Positions 23,800-37,420 of a stretch of 64,000 nucleotides of DNA are shown here, in pieces (position 1 is the first letter of the stretch; every line of letters begins with the position of its first letter). The DNA comes from Chiloscyllium plagiosum (lineage: Eukaryota): NCBI RefSeq assembly GCF_004010195.1, contig NC_057718.1, positions 67,831,872 to 67,895,871 on the forward strand, in the 5' to 3' direction. A program made the translations under genes and the position numbers. The notes under the pieces are model-generated. The model did no database searches. It saw only the letters and a program-made list of their open reading frames with translations, and had not been told where the DNA came from.

Positions 23800-26700
23800 A
23801 GTGTTGAAATATGGTGTTGGCAAAAGCACTGCAGGTCAGGCAGCATCCAGGGAGCAGGAGAGTCGACGTTTTGGGATAAGCCCTTCAGCCAGAATGTGAA
23901 GGGGGAAGGGGGCTGTGAGATAGATAGGGGGGTGGGAGTGGGACTGGGGTAAAGGTGGATTGGATAGCAGTCGGTGGATGCAGGTGGGAGGTGATTGTGA
24001 TAGATCAGTGGGGAGGATGGAGCAGATAGGTGGGAAGAAAGATGGATAGGTAGGTCAGGTCAAGAGGTCGGTGCTGGGTTGGACCTGGAATGGAGTGGGG
24101 AGACTTGCAAACTGGTGGTCAGTGTTGATGCCATGTAGTTGTAGGGTGCCGAGGCAGAAGATGAGGCATTCTTCCTCCTGTTGGCGGGTGGTTTTGATTT
24201 GGTGATGGAGGAGGGCCAGGATTTGCATGTCCTTGGGAGAGTGTGAGGGGGAGTTGAAGTGGTTGGCCACAGCGCAATGCGTACTGACCAGAGATGTTCT
24301 CTGAACAGCTCCACAAGTTGGTGCTTGAACTCCGTGATGTAGAGGAGGCTACATCAAAAGCAACGGATGCAATAAATGAGGTGGAAGGATATGCAGGAAA
24401 AGGGGTGCTGGATTTGAAATGATATTTTCGGGCCTTGGATGGAGGTGAGGGGGGAAATGTGGGTACAGGTTTTGTACTTCATGCAGTGGGGGGGAATAAG
24501 TGCCGGATTTAGAGGGTGGGTTGGTGAGAGCGTGGACCTAACGAGGGAGTCACAAAGGGAATGGTCTCTGTGAAATGCAGATAGGGGTAGGGAGGGAAAT
24601 ATATTTTTGGTGGTGGAGTCTGACTTAAGCTGATGAAAATGGCAAAAGATAATGCGCTGTATCTGGAGATTAGTGAGCTGGAATGTGAGGACCGGGGATT
24701 CTATCCTTGTTGTGGTTGGGGAGGTGGGGTTCGAGGACGGAGGTGCAGGAAGAAGAGGAGATGTGATGGAGGGCATTATTGATCACATGGGAAGGGAAAT
24801 TGCAGTCCTGGAAATAGTAGGGCAACTGGGATGTAGTGGAGTGGAATTGCTCCTCCTGGGAGCAGATTTGGCAAAGGAATTGGGAGTCAGGGATTGCAGT
24901 TTTATAGGAGGTAAAGTTGGAGGAGGTGTAGTCAAGGTAGCTGTGGGAGGATGTTAGTTTGAAATAATCAAGGATGGGCAGGACTGGCAGCTTAATGTTC
25001 CAGGATGCAAATGCTGTAGGGGGGATAAAAAGGGAGGCAAGAGGGGTGGGGGAGTGGCATTTTTGATAAGGGATCGCATTACAGCTGTGCTGAGGGAGGA
25101 TATTCCTGGAAATACATCCAGGGAAGGTATTTGGGTGGAGCTGAGAAATAAGTAAGGGATGATCACCTTATTGGGATTGTATTATAGATCCCCTAATAGT
25201 CAGAGGGAAATTGAGAAACAAATTTGTAAGGCAATCTCAGCTAACTGTAAGAATAATAGGGTGGTTATGGTAGGGGATTTTAACTTTCCAGGTATAGACT
25301 GGGGCTGCCAAAGTGTTAAGAGTTTAGATGGAGAGGAATTTGTTAAGTGTGTACAAGAAGATTTTCTGATTCAGTATGTGGATGTACCTACCAGAGAAGG
25401 TGCAAAACTTGACCTACTCTTCGGCAGAGCAAGTGACTGAGGTGTCAATGGGGGAGCACTTTAGGGTCAGCGACCACAATTCTATTAGATTTAGAATAGT
25501 GATGGAAAAGGATAGACCAGATCTAAAAGTTGAAGTTCTAAATTGGAGAAGGCGAATTTTGATGGTATTAGGCAAGAACTTTCAAAAGCTGATTGGGGGC
25601 AGATGTTCGCAGGTAAAGGGACAGCTGGAAAATAGGAAGCCTTCAGAAATGAGATAACAAGAATCCAGAAGAAGTATATTGCTGTTAGGGTGAAAGGAAA
25701 GGCTGGTAGGTATAGGGAATGCTGGATGGCTAAAGAAATTGAAGGTTTGGTTAAGAAAAAGAAGGAAGCATATGTCAGGTATAGACAGGATAGATCGAGT
25801 GAATCCTTAGAGTATAAAGGAAGTAGGAGTATACTTAAGAGGGAAATCAGGAGGGCAAAAAGGGGATATGAGATAGCTTTGACAAGTAGAGTTAAGGAGA
25901 ATCCAAAGAGTTTTTACAAATACATTAAGGACAAAAGGATTACGAGGGAGAGAATAGGGCCCCTCAAAGATCAGCAAGGTGGCCTTTGTGTGGAGCCACA
26001 GAAAATGGGGGAGATACTAAACGAGTATTTTGCATCAATATTTACTGTGGAAAAGTATATGGACGATATAGAAAGTAGCGAAAAAGATGGTGACTCCTTG
26101 CAAAATGTCCAAATTACAGAGGAGGACGTGCTGGATATCTTGAAATACATAAAGGTAGATAAATCCCCAGGACCCGATCAGGTGTACACTAGAACTCTGT
26201 GGGAAGCTAGAGAAGTGATTGCTGGACCTCTTGCTGAGATATTTGTATCATCGATAGTCACAGGTGAGGTGCCAGAAGACTGGAAGTTGGCTAACGAGGT
26301 GCCACTGTTTAAGGGTGGTAAAGACAAGCCAGGGAACTATAGACCAGTGAGCCTGATGTCAGTGGTGGACAAGTTGTTGGAGGGAATCCTGAGGGACAGG
26401 ATATATATGTATTTGGAAAGGCACGGACTGATTAGGGATAGTCAACACGGCTTTGTGCGTGGGAAATCATGTCTCACAAACTTGATTGAGTTTTTTGAAG
26501 AAGTAACAAAGAAGATTGATGAGGGCAGAGTGGTAGATGTGATCTATATTGGCTTCAGTAAGGCGTTTGACAAGGTTCCCCATGGGATACTGGTGAGCAC
26601 GGTTAGATCTCACGGAATAAAGGGAGAACTAGCCATTTGGATACAGAACTGACTCAAAGGTAGAAGACTGAGGGTGGTGGTGGAGGGTTGTTTTTCAGAC

Positions 26701-27645
26701 TGGAGGCCTGTGGCCATTGGAGTACCACAAGGGTCGGTGCTGGGTCCTCTACCTTTTGTCATTTATATAAATGATCTGGATGCGGGCATAAGAGGTACAG
26801 ATAGTAAGTTTGCAGATGACACCAAAATTGGAGGTGTAGTGGACAGCGAAGAGGGTTACCTCCGATTACAACAGCATCTTGACCAGATGGGCCAATGGGT
26901 GCTGCATTTTGAGAAAGCAAATCTTAGCAGGACTTATACACTTAATGGTAAGATCCTAGGGAGTATTGCTGAACAAAGAGACCTTGGAGTGCAGGTTCAT
27001 AGCTACTTGAAAGTGGAGTCGCAGGTAGATAGGATAGTGAAGAAGGCGTTTGGCATGCTTTCCCCTATTGGTCAAAGTATTGAGTACAAGAGTTGGGAGG
27101 TCATGTTGCGGCTGTACAGGGCATTGGTTAGGCCACTGTTGGAATATTGCGTGCAATTCTGGTTTAGGGTGAGAGGGGAAAGCTATAAAAGAGACCTAAG
27201 GGGCAACTTTTTCACACAAAGGGTGGTGCATGTATGGAATGATCTGCCAGAGGATGTGGTGGAGACTGGTACAATTGCAACATTTAAAAGGCATCTGGAT
27301 GCGTACGTGAATAGGAAGGGTTTGGAGGGATATGTGCCGGGTGCTGACAGGTTGGACTAGATTGGGTTGGGATATCTATTTGACATGGATGGGTTGGACC
27401 TAAGGGTCTGTTTCCATGCTGTACATCTCTATGACTCTAAATGGCCGTGTTGAGTTGGTCACCAGAGACAGACGGGTCCAGGAAGGGGAGGGAGGTGTCA
27501 GAGATGGTCCATGTGAACTTGAGGTCAGGGTGGAAGCTATTGGTGAAGTTGATGAGCTGTTCAACCTCCTCATGGGAGCACGAGGTGGCGCCAATGCAGT
27601 CATCAATGTAGCGCAGGAAAAGGTGGAGATGGTGGCGTTGCTAGT
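23800..27645 (-). mobile_element. Neptune-like PLE (family A), 23800-24965 plus 27440-27645, split by a CR1 insertion
   Basis: ORFs 24354-24776 (CMKYKTCTH, HLIYCIRC) and 24055-24270 (ANHFNSPSH..EEECLIFCLGTLQ). The sequence resumes at about 27440 with RT-region sequence. Confidence 0.82.
24968..27438 (+). mobile_element. Relatively young CR1 LINE, most of ORF2 (APE endonuclease plus RT), disrupted
   Basis: ORFs 25159-25440 (GLYYRSPN, VMVGDFNFP), 25690-26652 and 26674-27360 ([17 protein letters not shown]). Stops, frameshifts and an internal deletion near 27160. Tail ctctatgactcta. Confidence 0.95.
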
Positions 27646-28097
27646 TATTTGAATATATGTTTATCTAACCATATGCATCACAGGAAATGATGTAATGTCA
27701 TGTGTCCTAGTCATGCACAGTCAATATTTGTAAATAAAGTTTACTTTCCAGCCTTGTGATGGTGGTCTATCATGTCTTGCATTGGTTGCCTTGGCAGGGT
27801 TGTGTGGTGTTGTGGTTGCTGTTCTCCTGAAGGCTGGGCAGTTTGCTGCAAATTATTTGAGGTTTGGTTATTTGAAGGTGTGAAGTAGAGGTATAGGCCA
27901 ATGTTGTCTACCTCATATGATGCAGGAAAGGATGTCCCGAGATATGGTATATTGGCGTGTTCGTTGGAACACTACAGAAACAGATAAATGGGCACTGTCC
28001 AAGAATCACCAGGCAAGAGTGTTGCCTCCCAGTCAGGGAACACTTCAGCAGTCAAGGACTTTCAGCCTCTGATCTTCAGGTAAGCGTCCTCCAAGGC

Positions 28098-29883
28098 GTC
28101 AGTCTTCACAGTGGAAGACATGAGTGGTATCCCAAAACTTCGAGAGTGAGGGGCAGAGCTGAGTATGGTGGCCATCACCAAGGAGAAGGTGCTAGAAAAA
28201 CTGAAAGGTATGAAAGTGGATAAATCACCTGGACCAGGTGGACTACACCCTAGAGTTCTAAGGGAGATAGCTGAAGAAATAGTGGAGGCATTAGTGGAGA
28301 TAGTGAATTTTCAGGATTCGCTAGAGTCCGGGAGGGTCCCATAGGACTGGAAAATCAAACGTGACACCCCTGTTTAAAAAGAGAGTAAGGCAAAAGATGG
28401 AAAATTACAGATAGATTGGCCTGACTTCCATTGTGAAGGATGAAATTTCTGAAATACTTGAAAGTGTATAGTAAAATAGGGCAAAGTCAGCATGGTTTCA
28501 TCAAGGGGAGGCCATGCCTGACAAACCTGCTCAAATTGTGTGAGGAAGTAACGAGCAGGTTAGACTAAGGAGAGCCAATGCATGTTATCTACCTGGACTT
28601 AGAGACCACCTTTGACAAGGTGCCGCATAGCAGGCTACTGAGTAAGATAACAGCTCACGATGTTAGAGGCAAGATGCTCGCATGGATAGAAGTTTGGCTG
28701 TCTGGCAGAAAGCAGAGAGTGGGTGTAAAAAAACTCTTTCTCAGGATGGCAGCCAATGGTGGTGTTCCGCAAGGCTCAGTTTTGAGACCACACCTTTTCA
28801 CTTTATGCATTAATAAGCTAGATGAAGGAACTGAGGGCATTCTGGCTAAGTTTGCAGATGATACAAAGATAGGTAGAGGGAAAGGTAGCATTGAGGCGGG
28901 GAGGCTGCAGAAGGATTTGGACAGGTTAGGAGAGTGGGCAAAAAAGTGGCAGAAGGAGTACAATGTGGCAAAGTATGAGGTTGTGGAATTTGGTAGGAGG
29001 AATAGAGGCATGGATTATTCACTAAATAGGGAGAAAATTCAGAAGTTTGAAGTGCAAAGAGATTTGGGAGTTCTAGTGCAGGATTCTCTCAGGAAAACCT
29101 GCAGGTTGAGTCAGTTGTTAGGTGAAAAATGTGATGCTGGAAAAACACAGCAGGCCAGGCAGCATCCGAGGAGCAGCTGAATCAATGTTTTGGGCATAAG
29201 CCCTTCTTCCAACCTCACTTTCTCCTGAGTGAGTTGTGAGGAAAGCAAATGCAATGATGCCATTTATTTTGAGCGGACTTGAATATAAAAGCAGGGATGT
29301 ACTTATGAGGCTCTGTAAGGCTCTGGTCAGGCCACATTTGGAAAATTCTGGGCGGTTTTGCACCTCATATCTCAGGAAGGATATACTGGCCTTGGAGCAT
29401 GCTCAGAGGAGGTTCACAAGAATTGTCCCAAAAATGAAAAGCTTAACATATGAGGAACATTTGGGGACTCTGGGTCTATACTGAATTGAGTTCAGAAGGA
29501 TAAGGAGGGATCTAATTTGAAACATAGATAATACTGAATAGCCTGTACAGAGTGGATGTTCGGAAGATGTTTCCATTGATAGGAGAGACTCGGACTCGAG
29601 GGCGCAGCCTTAGAATAAAGGGAAGACCTTTTAGAATGGAGATAAGGAGAAACTTCTTCAGTTAGAGTGTGGTGAATCTATGGAATTCATTGCTACATAA
29701 GCCTGTGGAGGCTAGGTCATTGAGTATAGTTAAGACTGTGATAGGTTCTTGAGCATCAAGGGGTTCAAGGGACAGGTAGAAAGTGGGAGAATGGGTTTGA
29801 GAAACTTATCAGCCATGATTGAATTGCAGGTTCAATGGGCTGAATGGCCTAATTTCTGCTCCACTGTCTTATGGTCTTATGAT
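28098..29883 (+). mobile_element. CR1 LINE (second subfamily), RT and 3' UTR
   Basis: ORF 28578-29180 ([22 protein letters not shown]) and 29236-29484. Tail tcttatggtcttatg. Confidence 0.9.
29123..29225 (-). mobile_element. Mini PLE-derived element (family A) inserted in a CR1
   Basis: 16-bp TSD with 2 mismatches: tgagtcagttgttagg (29107-29122) and tgagtgagttgtgagg (29226-29241). Confidence 0.8.
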
Positions 29884-31050
29884 TTAAGGCAGTCTTCGAG
29901 ATACCTAACAACACAAAATCACCAAGCAGAAACTGATAGCCAAGTTCGGTACCCATGGGGATGGCCTTCACTGCGCTCTTAGGTTCATGGCACATTTGGG
30001 TTCATGATGCATGTAACCCCATCATACTGTTCTATGTTTGGATAATCTTCCTTACTGTTCTGTTTTGACACTATCACCTTGATAACTTGTTATGATTGCT
30101 CTACCTTAATTAGTTTGTACAGTTTTGGATCATTTGTGACTTTGGTTAGACCCTTGATTAGCTTCCACAACATGTACACAGAAGTGTCTGATATCCCAGA
30201 TAAATTCAAATTGCAAATAGAGTTATGTTTCTCAGACCTCAAAATCTGTTATACTTATGTTATTCCAGCTATTTGGTTTGTCTCTAGCACCATCTTATGA
30301 TGGATTATTTTGTAGTTATCTGTCTACCTTAATTAATCAGATCATACGTCATCCCTTCACTTGCTGTTCAGCTGTTGACACTTTACTCTCACTGTTTGAC
30401 ACTTTTGATCACCTGCAAAGATTTATTCTTCAGCCTGTCTACGCTCCACTCACACCATCTGTACTATATTTGACACTGAATTACCTGGAATTATTTTGCA
30501 ATTATCTCTCCATTTATAAATTCTGTGCCTGTGTTCTTCCCTCCACTTCACCTGACAAAAGAGCAGCACTCCAAAAGCTTGTGATTTCAAATAAAACTGT
30601 TGGACTATAACCTGTTGTAATGTGACTTCTGATTCTCAATGCACTAGTCTAAGATCCTAGATAATGCAACTTGGGGGCACAACACTGGTGAATTGGCAGC
30701 ATTAACAAACAGCTTCACCAGAGTGTTGTATTTGGGTGATACCTTTGAATTGGGGTTTATTGTAACGTATGAGTTAAGACCTAGAATAATTAGAGCATAT
30801 TCTGAATTTGTCCTGCTTTGGCAGAACAAAATCATTTGCAGCCCTAGCTGGAGAGACCACCGTTTGGGTGAAGATTTATTTTCTTTTCAGCTGTTATATA
30901 CTTAAACATCATTAGCCAACTTGTTACCAGAACATCTCCCATATTCAAACTTAAAGCCCATGCTCCAGCAGCGTAGTCTCATCAGCATTGCTGTTAACTG
31001 CAAGTCAGAGGGTTATTCCAGGAGATGAATAGAATTAAAAGGCTGATATT

Positions 31051-32200
31051 ATGGCAGGTAGCTTCCCCAAGATGTACAGAGAAGTGGCTGATGTCCAAGA
31101 TAAATTTAAGCTGCAAATGGAGTTATGCTTCTCAGACCTCAAAGTTGTAGCAGTGAGAAATTGGTAATTAAACTAACAGTTGCTGCAGGAAATGACTGGC
31201 TGCACAGGATGTACATCTGTAGTTTCTCAGACTTTGAACAGAAGGGTCCTGCAAGATTATGACTGAGGACTGCAGATGCTGGAAATCAGAGTCTAGATTA
31301 GAGTGGTTCTGGAAAAGCACAACAGGTCAGGCAGCTTCCGAGGAGCAGGAAAATCGATATTTCGGGCAAAAGCCCTTCATCAGGAAATTCCTGATTTTCC
31401 TGCTCCTCAGATGCTGCCTGACCTGCTGTGCTTTTCCAGCACCACTCCTGTAGGATTATGGTCAGTATCAGAAATATGCTTGATGTGGAAGCAAATTTTA
31501 GAAAATGTTGCCTAGAACTCGTGCAATATAGGCAGAAAATTAATGAATGCGTAGATGATTTTGTTATCTCATGTAGCAAGACATAAAAGAACACAATATC
31601 ATGAATGGAGAACTCTCAGAATGCATTATGGAGTCTGTCATTACATCTACTGACATAGAGGTACCTGTAGAAAGATGTCTAGGAAAAACCAAGGGTAAAG
31701 AGAAGATGCTACAAGATGAATGTAAAAACAAAGCCATTATATCTGTTAGCCTTGGAGTCTGTAATGCCTATTGGTGTGATATGCAGGATAGCCAAACAAA
31801 ATGAGGTGAGTAGTAATTGCAGGTCTTTCTCAAACTGCAGAAATGCCTGATGTGTGCAAGGCCTGTGTATTTAGAGGACACAAGGCGAATCGCATAAAGT
31901 CCATTAGCAAGAATATAGGGAGAAGGAACTGCAGATAATGTAATAGCAAAAATACAGCAACCAGAGGTGAAAGCTGGAAAAATCTACCACAGAAGCGCCA
32001 AGCTATCCATGATATGGTAGAGCACTTGACCAAACTGGATGAGCTGGATCAAAGTGTAGATACTTTAAACACACAGCTGTTTCATATCATCACCCTCGTG
32101 GACAGGTTAATTCTGTAATGTTTATTACCTTTGCAACACTGCAGATTGTTTGCCCAATTAAGGTTCGGAGATATCCATGAAGAATTTTTCATTAAGGTGA
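31051..32200 (+). mobile_element. Decayed Gypsy-type gag remnant
   Basis: MAGSFPKMYREVADVQDKFKLQMELCFSDLK, ELSECIMESVITST, and a degenerate Zn knuckle CKACVFRGH at 31855-31881. Confidence 0.5.
31262..31445. mobile_element. Fold-back mini PLE element (family A)
   Basis: Inverted arms. TSD tcctgcaagattatg (31247-31261) and tcctgtaggattatg (31446-31460). Confidence 0.85.
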
Positions 32201-34630
32201 AGAATGACATAGTTGATTCCGAGTCTAGGGTCCTGAATCTAATTAGAGGAAACTATGATGGTATAAGACACAAGCTGGCTATGATAATTTGTGGAGTATT
32301 ACTTTAAAGTGATATCAGTGGATAAGCAATGGCGAACATTTAAAGAATATATAGAGGAATTGCAAAAATTCATTCTTGTCTGACACAAAAATGAAATGGG
32401 AAAAGTGGCCTGGTCATGCTAACCAGGAAAATTAAGAAATTTTGTTTGGACCTGAGGTAGATTGGAGAAAAAGAGCAGTAAACCTGAGGCTTAGAAGCAC
32501 AGGAGAACAAACAAATTTATTAAGAGGGAAAAAATAGAATAAGAGAGTGAGCTTGTGGGGAATATGCAGACTGATTCTAAAAGCTTCTATAGGCATCTGA
32601 AGAGAAGATTAGTAAAGATAAATATAGGCAGCTTACGATCAGAAACAGGGAAAGTTAGAATGGAGAGCAAAGAGATGACAGATGAATTAAATATTCATTT
32701 TGGTTCACAAAGGAGATATATTTAATATCTTTTTAAAAATGTTGGGGAATATATCTAGTGTAAGAGGGGAGCTGAAGAAAATATTAGTGGCGAAATGGCA
32801 TTCGGAAAATTGATGGGATTAAAGGCTAACTACCCCAGGGCCAAACCATCTGCAGCCCAGAGTGCTTAAGGAGGTGGTCCTCAAAATAGTGGATGTATTG
32901 GTCATTTTTCAAGATTCTATGGACTGTTAAATAGTTCCCATGAATTAGAGTGTAGCTTAAGTAACCTCACTATTTTAAAAAAAGGTAGAGAGAAAGCAGG
33001 GAACTATAGCCTAACATCAGTCATAGGAAAAATGCTAGAGTCCATTATAAAAGATAATAGCAGAGCCCTTGGAAAACATTGCCAGGGTTAGATGGGCGTC
33101 ATGGATTTTTGAAAGGGAAATAACGCTTAACAAGTCTATTAGTGTTTTTTGAGGATGTAACTAGTAGAGGTGATAAGGGAGAACTAGTGAATGTGGTTTA
33201 CTTGGACTTTTAGAAGGCCTTTGACAAGAGTTAGCGTGTAAATTAAAGCTTGTGGAATTGGAGGTAGTGTACTCTCGTATGAGGTATGAAAGGGTAATTT
33301 TCTAAGTGGCAGCCAGTTACCAGTGAGTTACCACAGAGATCAGTGCTTGGATCCCAGTTGTTCAAAAGATATATTAGCGATTTTAGATGAGGGAACTAAA
33401 TGTAATAGCTCCATGTTTGCAAATGACACAAAACTGGATGGGAAGGTGAACCGCGAGGAAGATGCAGAGATGCTTCAGTGTGATTCGGAGAAATTTAAAT
33501 CAGTGGGCAAATGCATGACAAATGAAGTATAGTGTGGATAGTTGTGAGGTTATTCATTTTGATCTCAAAAACAAGCAGATTATGATCTGAACAATGAAAG
33601 GTTGCGAAAGGTGACAGTGCATCAAGACCTGGGTGTCCTTTCAGCATCAGTTGCTGAAAGTTAGCATGTAGGTGGGGTAGTCAAATGGTACGTTGGCCTT
33701 CACAGTGAGTGGATTTGAGTGCAGAGCAGGGATGTTTTCTCTCAATTGTATAGGACCTTGGTGAGACCACACGTGGAATATTCTGAGAGGTTTTGGTATA
33801 CTTATCTGAGAAGGATTAGATTAGATTAGATTACTTACAGTGTGGAAACAGGCCCTTCGGCCCAACAAGTCCACACCGACCCGACGAAGTGTAACCCACC
33901 CAGACCCATTCTCCTACATTTATCCCTTCACCTAACACTATGGGCAATTCAGCATGGCCAATTCACCTAACCTGCACATTTTTGGATTGTGGGAGGAAAC
34001 CCGGAGGAAACCCACGCAGACACGGGGAGAATGTGCAAACTCCACACAGAGAGTCGCCTGAGGTGGGAATTTAACCCGGGTCTCTGGCGCTGTGAGGCAG
34101 CAGTGCTAACCACTGTGCCACCGTGCCGTGTTCAGGCCGTGGAAGGGATGCACTGAAAGATTACCACATCGATTCCTGGGATGGCAGGATTGATATACGA
34201 AGAGAGATTGGATTGGTTAGGATTGTCTTCACTGGAGTTTAGAAGAATGAGGTGAAGCAAGTAGAAACCTATAAACCTATAAGACTATACAGGTTAAACA
34301 CAAAAGGATGTTCCCATTGACCAAGGAGTCCAGAACCAGGTATCACTGATAAAGTATATAGGTAGGCCATTTAGGTCTGAGATGAGGAGAAATGTCTTGC
34401 CCCAAAGAGTGGTGAGTCTGTGGAATTCTCTGTCACAGAAAGTGGTTGAGACCAAAGTATTGAATGTTTATAAGAAATAGATAGGTATAGTTAATAGGAC
34501 TAAGGGGACCAAAGAGTACAGGGCAAAAACAAGAACAGGGTACGAAATTAGATGATCAGCCACAATCAAGTTGAATGGTGGAGTTGGCTCGAAGGTCTGA
34601 ATAGCCTTCTCCTATTCCTTTTGTTTCTAA
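32200..34630 (+). mobile_element. Old CR1 LINE, decayed ORF2, interrupted by a V-SINE
   Basis: SMFANDTKLDG and other degenerate RT motifs, plus a CR1-type 3' UTR. Confidence 0.8.
33814..34128 (-). mobile_element. HE1-type V-SINE nested in a CR1
   Basis: Full SINE architecture. The CR1 reading (YLRR..) continues across it. Confidence 0.9.
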
Positions 34631-35642
34631 CAGCGCGTGAAGAATGAGGTAGATACAAAAGCTAGCACTCTCTGTATCCTTGAGAGTGTATAACGGTATT
34701 GAGAGAGAGGGGAATCAGTGGATTAATCCACCAGGCTAAAGGTCATGGGCTAGAATGGACTGCCAATACATTTTTTCGATACCTTAAACCTACAATGCAG
34801 TGGAATGGATTCAACCTTATTCTGGGCAGGCATTTTATGAAGTGGACCTGTAAAGACGAACCTTAGTAGTTTTTCACCTTAAAGAAGGGTATGTCGTTAT
34901 CTCATTGGCCCTTAGTCAACCAGTAATTTTCATTTCCTTTATGTAAATTTCTGGTTTCTTTTTGAGAACCTCAATGAAACCTGTCTCTTGCACTCTTTCA
35001 GTTTGTTCCTGGTCGTAATCTTTCACCATGCAAAATGTGTTCCCTCATACCACCTTCACCGATCACTTTAAATCTGTGAGCTCTTGACTCTTATCCCTTT
35101 CTTCGAAGAGAACAGTTTCCATCTGTTCACTGTCTCTCAAACATTTGTGATTTTGAATGCCAATCAAATCTCCTCTGAACTGCGCTGTTATAAGAACAAC
35201 ACCAGCTTCTCCAATCTATCCACCCAACTGAAGTCCTTCATCCCTGGAGCGATTCTAATAAATCCTGTCTACACCCCCCCTTAAACCCTTCATATCTTTC
35301 CTCAAGTGCCATGTCCGGAATTGGACAAAATGCTTAGTTGTGGCTGAGCCAGTGCTTTATAAAACTTCCTAGTTTTTGGACAATATGCCTCTGTTAATGT
35401 GTATATATTGAAATCCTTCTAATCCTGTTGCCCTCTTAAATTTTACTCTTTAGTTTAAAATGCCTCCCCTTGTGGAGAAATGCATCATATCACACATCCC
35501 TGCATTGTATACCATTTTACGAACCTGCATATGTGGCCTTGACGTCTGTCAGCATCCTTCTTACTGTTTGCTACTTCGGGCGTGGAACAAAAATGCTCCT
35601 AATACTGATTTCTGGGAAACATCATATATACCTTGTGTGTGC

Positions 35643-35835
35643 ATTTAGTTCTGCTATAATGCAGTACTTCCATTCTTGTGCAATTCCCTACTATAAAAAA
35701 ATAGTGTAATAGCAGCACCATTTAAACTGGAATCACATTATAACCAATACACGTTTGGAAAGTGTCCCCAATTTGTCAATCATGTTATTGCGAATTTGTG
35801 TTAACGAAATTAGTGTTATATCAGAATGACCTGTA
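35643..35835. mobile_element. Tigger-like MITE copy
   Basis: Homologous to 20589-20811; ends gttatatcagaatgacctgTA. Confidence 0.65.
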
Positions 35836-37002
35836 ATTGTCAATGACAGAGAAAAAAATTGCTTGACTGATCAAAGTTGGGAGTCACACGAGTCCTTAAG
35901 TCACATGTTGCTGATTGTTATTCTTTGCTATTAAAACAGATATTCAATTGGTAAATGAATGCTGAATGTCTTATCAAGCTTTTGCATGAAAGATTGTCAT
36001 AACCTATCAGAGCAGACAAGCTAATAGTTTTGTGAATATTCCCAATGCTGCAGTAACTGAAAGTTAAATCTGTACAATATTTCTTCGATTGGGGTATGTT
36101 GATGTCTATATATAATAAAACTATGTGCAATAGGTTAACTCACTTTGTAGTGGAAACGAGTGTGAAATTTAGTAATGGCCATGTTACTAATTTAGAATCA
36201 TAGTGCCTTCAAGTGTTCCTTTAACTGCAGCCGAAATTTGTTTCCCAAGTGGCATCTACTAGTCCTAAGTATTATCATATTCTTGCTGTACTTTGGCGCT
36301 ATATTTGACTGATGAAGTGCTGGCATTACGTCTGAATTAAATGTTAACTGTACTCGAACAGTTCAGTTTTGACTCCTCTGACTCACTGGATAATTAGGCT
36401 GCCTATCATATGGTCCCATGGCGTACAGGTTCAGAGTTCCCAGGTTTAGTCCCTGGTCTGATAAATTAGCTGATGTCAATTGTTGAAAGTATAGAGACAT
36501 AACAGTTTGAATGAGCACTTTTTGTCATGAGATTAGGGCAAATTTTGAAATCCTACAACATAAGAGGGGGTAATTTATCCTATAGAGTCTGCATCAGCTG
36601 TTTCAGAGCAATCCAGTTAGTCCTATTCACCTGCTTTTTTCCCATATTCTAGCAAATTTTCTCCAGATGTTTATACTAATTCCTCTACTATTGGATTTAT
36701 ATCCAATTCCAAATTCTAACCACTTGACAATCACCTTAAATTTTTATCCTATTATTAGTGACCCTTTGATTATTGAAAACGGCTTGTTATTTTTCTTCTA
36801 TCTGAGGATCATGAAAGATCATGATTTAAATGCCTCTATCAATTTTTCTCTTAGGTGAACAATCCCAGCTGCTATCTGTTATCCATGCAACTAATAGACA
36901 CAATATTCCATCTGAACTGAATAGTATATATTATTTAATATAGCTTTATATAGTATTCCTTTATTTATAAGGCCCAGGATATCATGGCTACTATGATTCT
37001 AT

Positions 37003-37190
37003 GGCGAAAGTGAGGACTGCAGATGCTGGAGATTAGAGTCGAGAGTGTGGTGCTGGAGAATCGTAGTTTCGGGCAAAAACCCTTCATCAGGAAGCCCTTC
37101 CTGATGAACAGCTTTTTCCTGAAATGTTGAATCTCCTGCACCTCGGATGCTGCCTGACTTGCTGTGCTTTTCCAGCACCACATGCTCGAC
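37003..37190. mobile_element. Fold-back mini PLE element (family A)
   Basis: ttcatcaggaag ... cttcctgatgaa inverted centre with inverted arms (gtggtgctgga / tccagcaccac). Confidence 0.8.
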
Positions 37191-37204
37191 TATGACCATA
37201 TACT

Positions 37205-37420
37205 TTAGATTAGATTAGATTAGATTACTTTACAGTGTGGAATTCATCTGACCTGCACATCTTTGGACTGTGGGAGGAAACCGGAGCACCCGGAGGAAAC
37301 CCACGCAGACACGGGGAGAATGTGCAAACTCCACACAGTCAGTCGCCTGAGGTGGGAATTGAACCCGGGTCTCTGGCACTGTGAGGCAGCAGCGCTAGCC
37401 ACTGTGCCACCGTGCCGCCC
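37205..37420 (-). mobile_element. HE1-type V-SINE with internal deletion
   Basis: Tail joined directly to the V-domain (acagtgtgg|aattcatctgacc); about 110 bp missing relative to 13752-14060. Confidence 0.88.

Larger units (their letters stand above)
27750..30635 (+). mobile_element. Neptune-like PLE (family C) remnant split by a CR1; Cys-rich part inverted
   Basis: 27900-28097 gives the GIY-YIG (VYLI.CRKGCP..WYIG..; PVREHFSSQG), resuming at about 29885 (KLIAKFGTHGDGL). 27770-27870 on - reads TTQPCQGNQCKT. Decayed hammerhead/pLTR at 30550-30635. Confidence 0.7.

Noticed and set aside
25690..27360. Long ORFs (320 aa, 228 aa) as host genes or an active element
   Set aside because: They are CR1 ORF2 pieces separated by stops, frameshifts and deletions.
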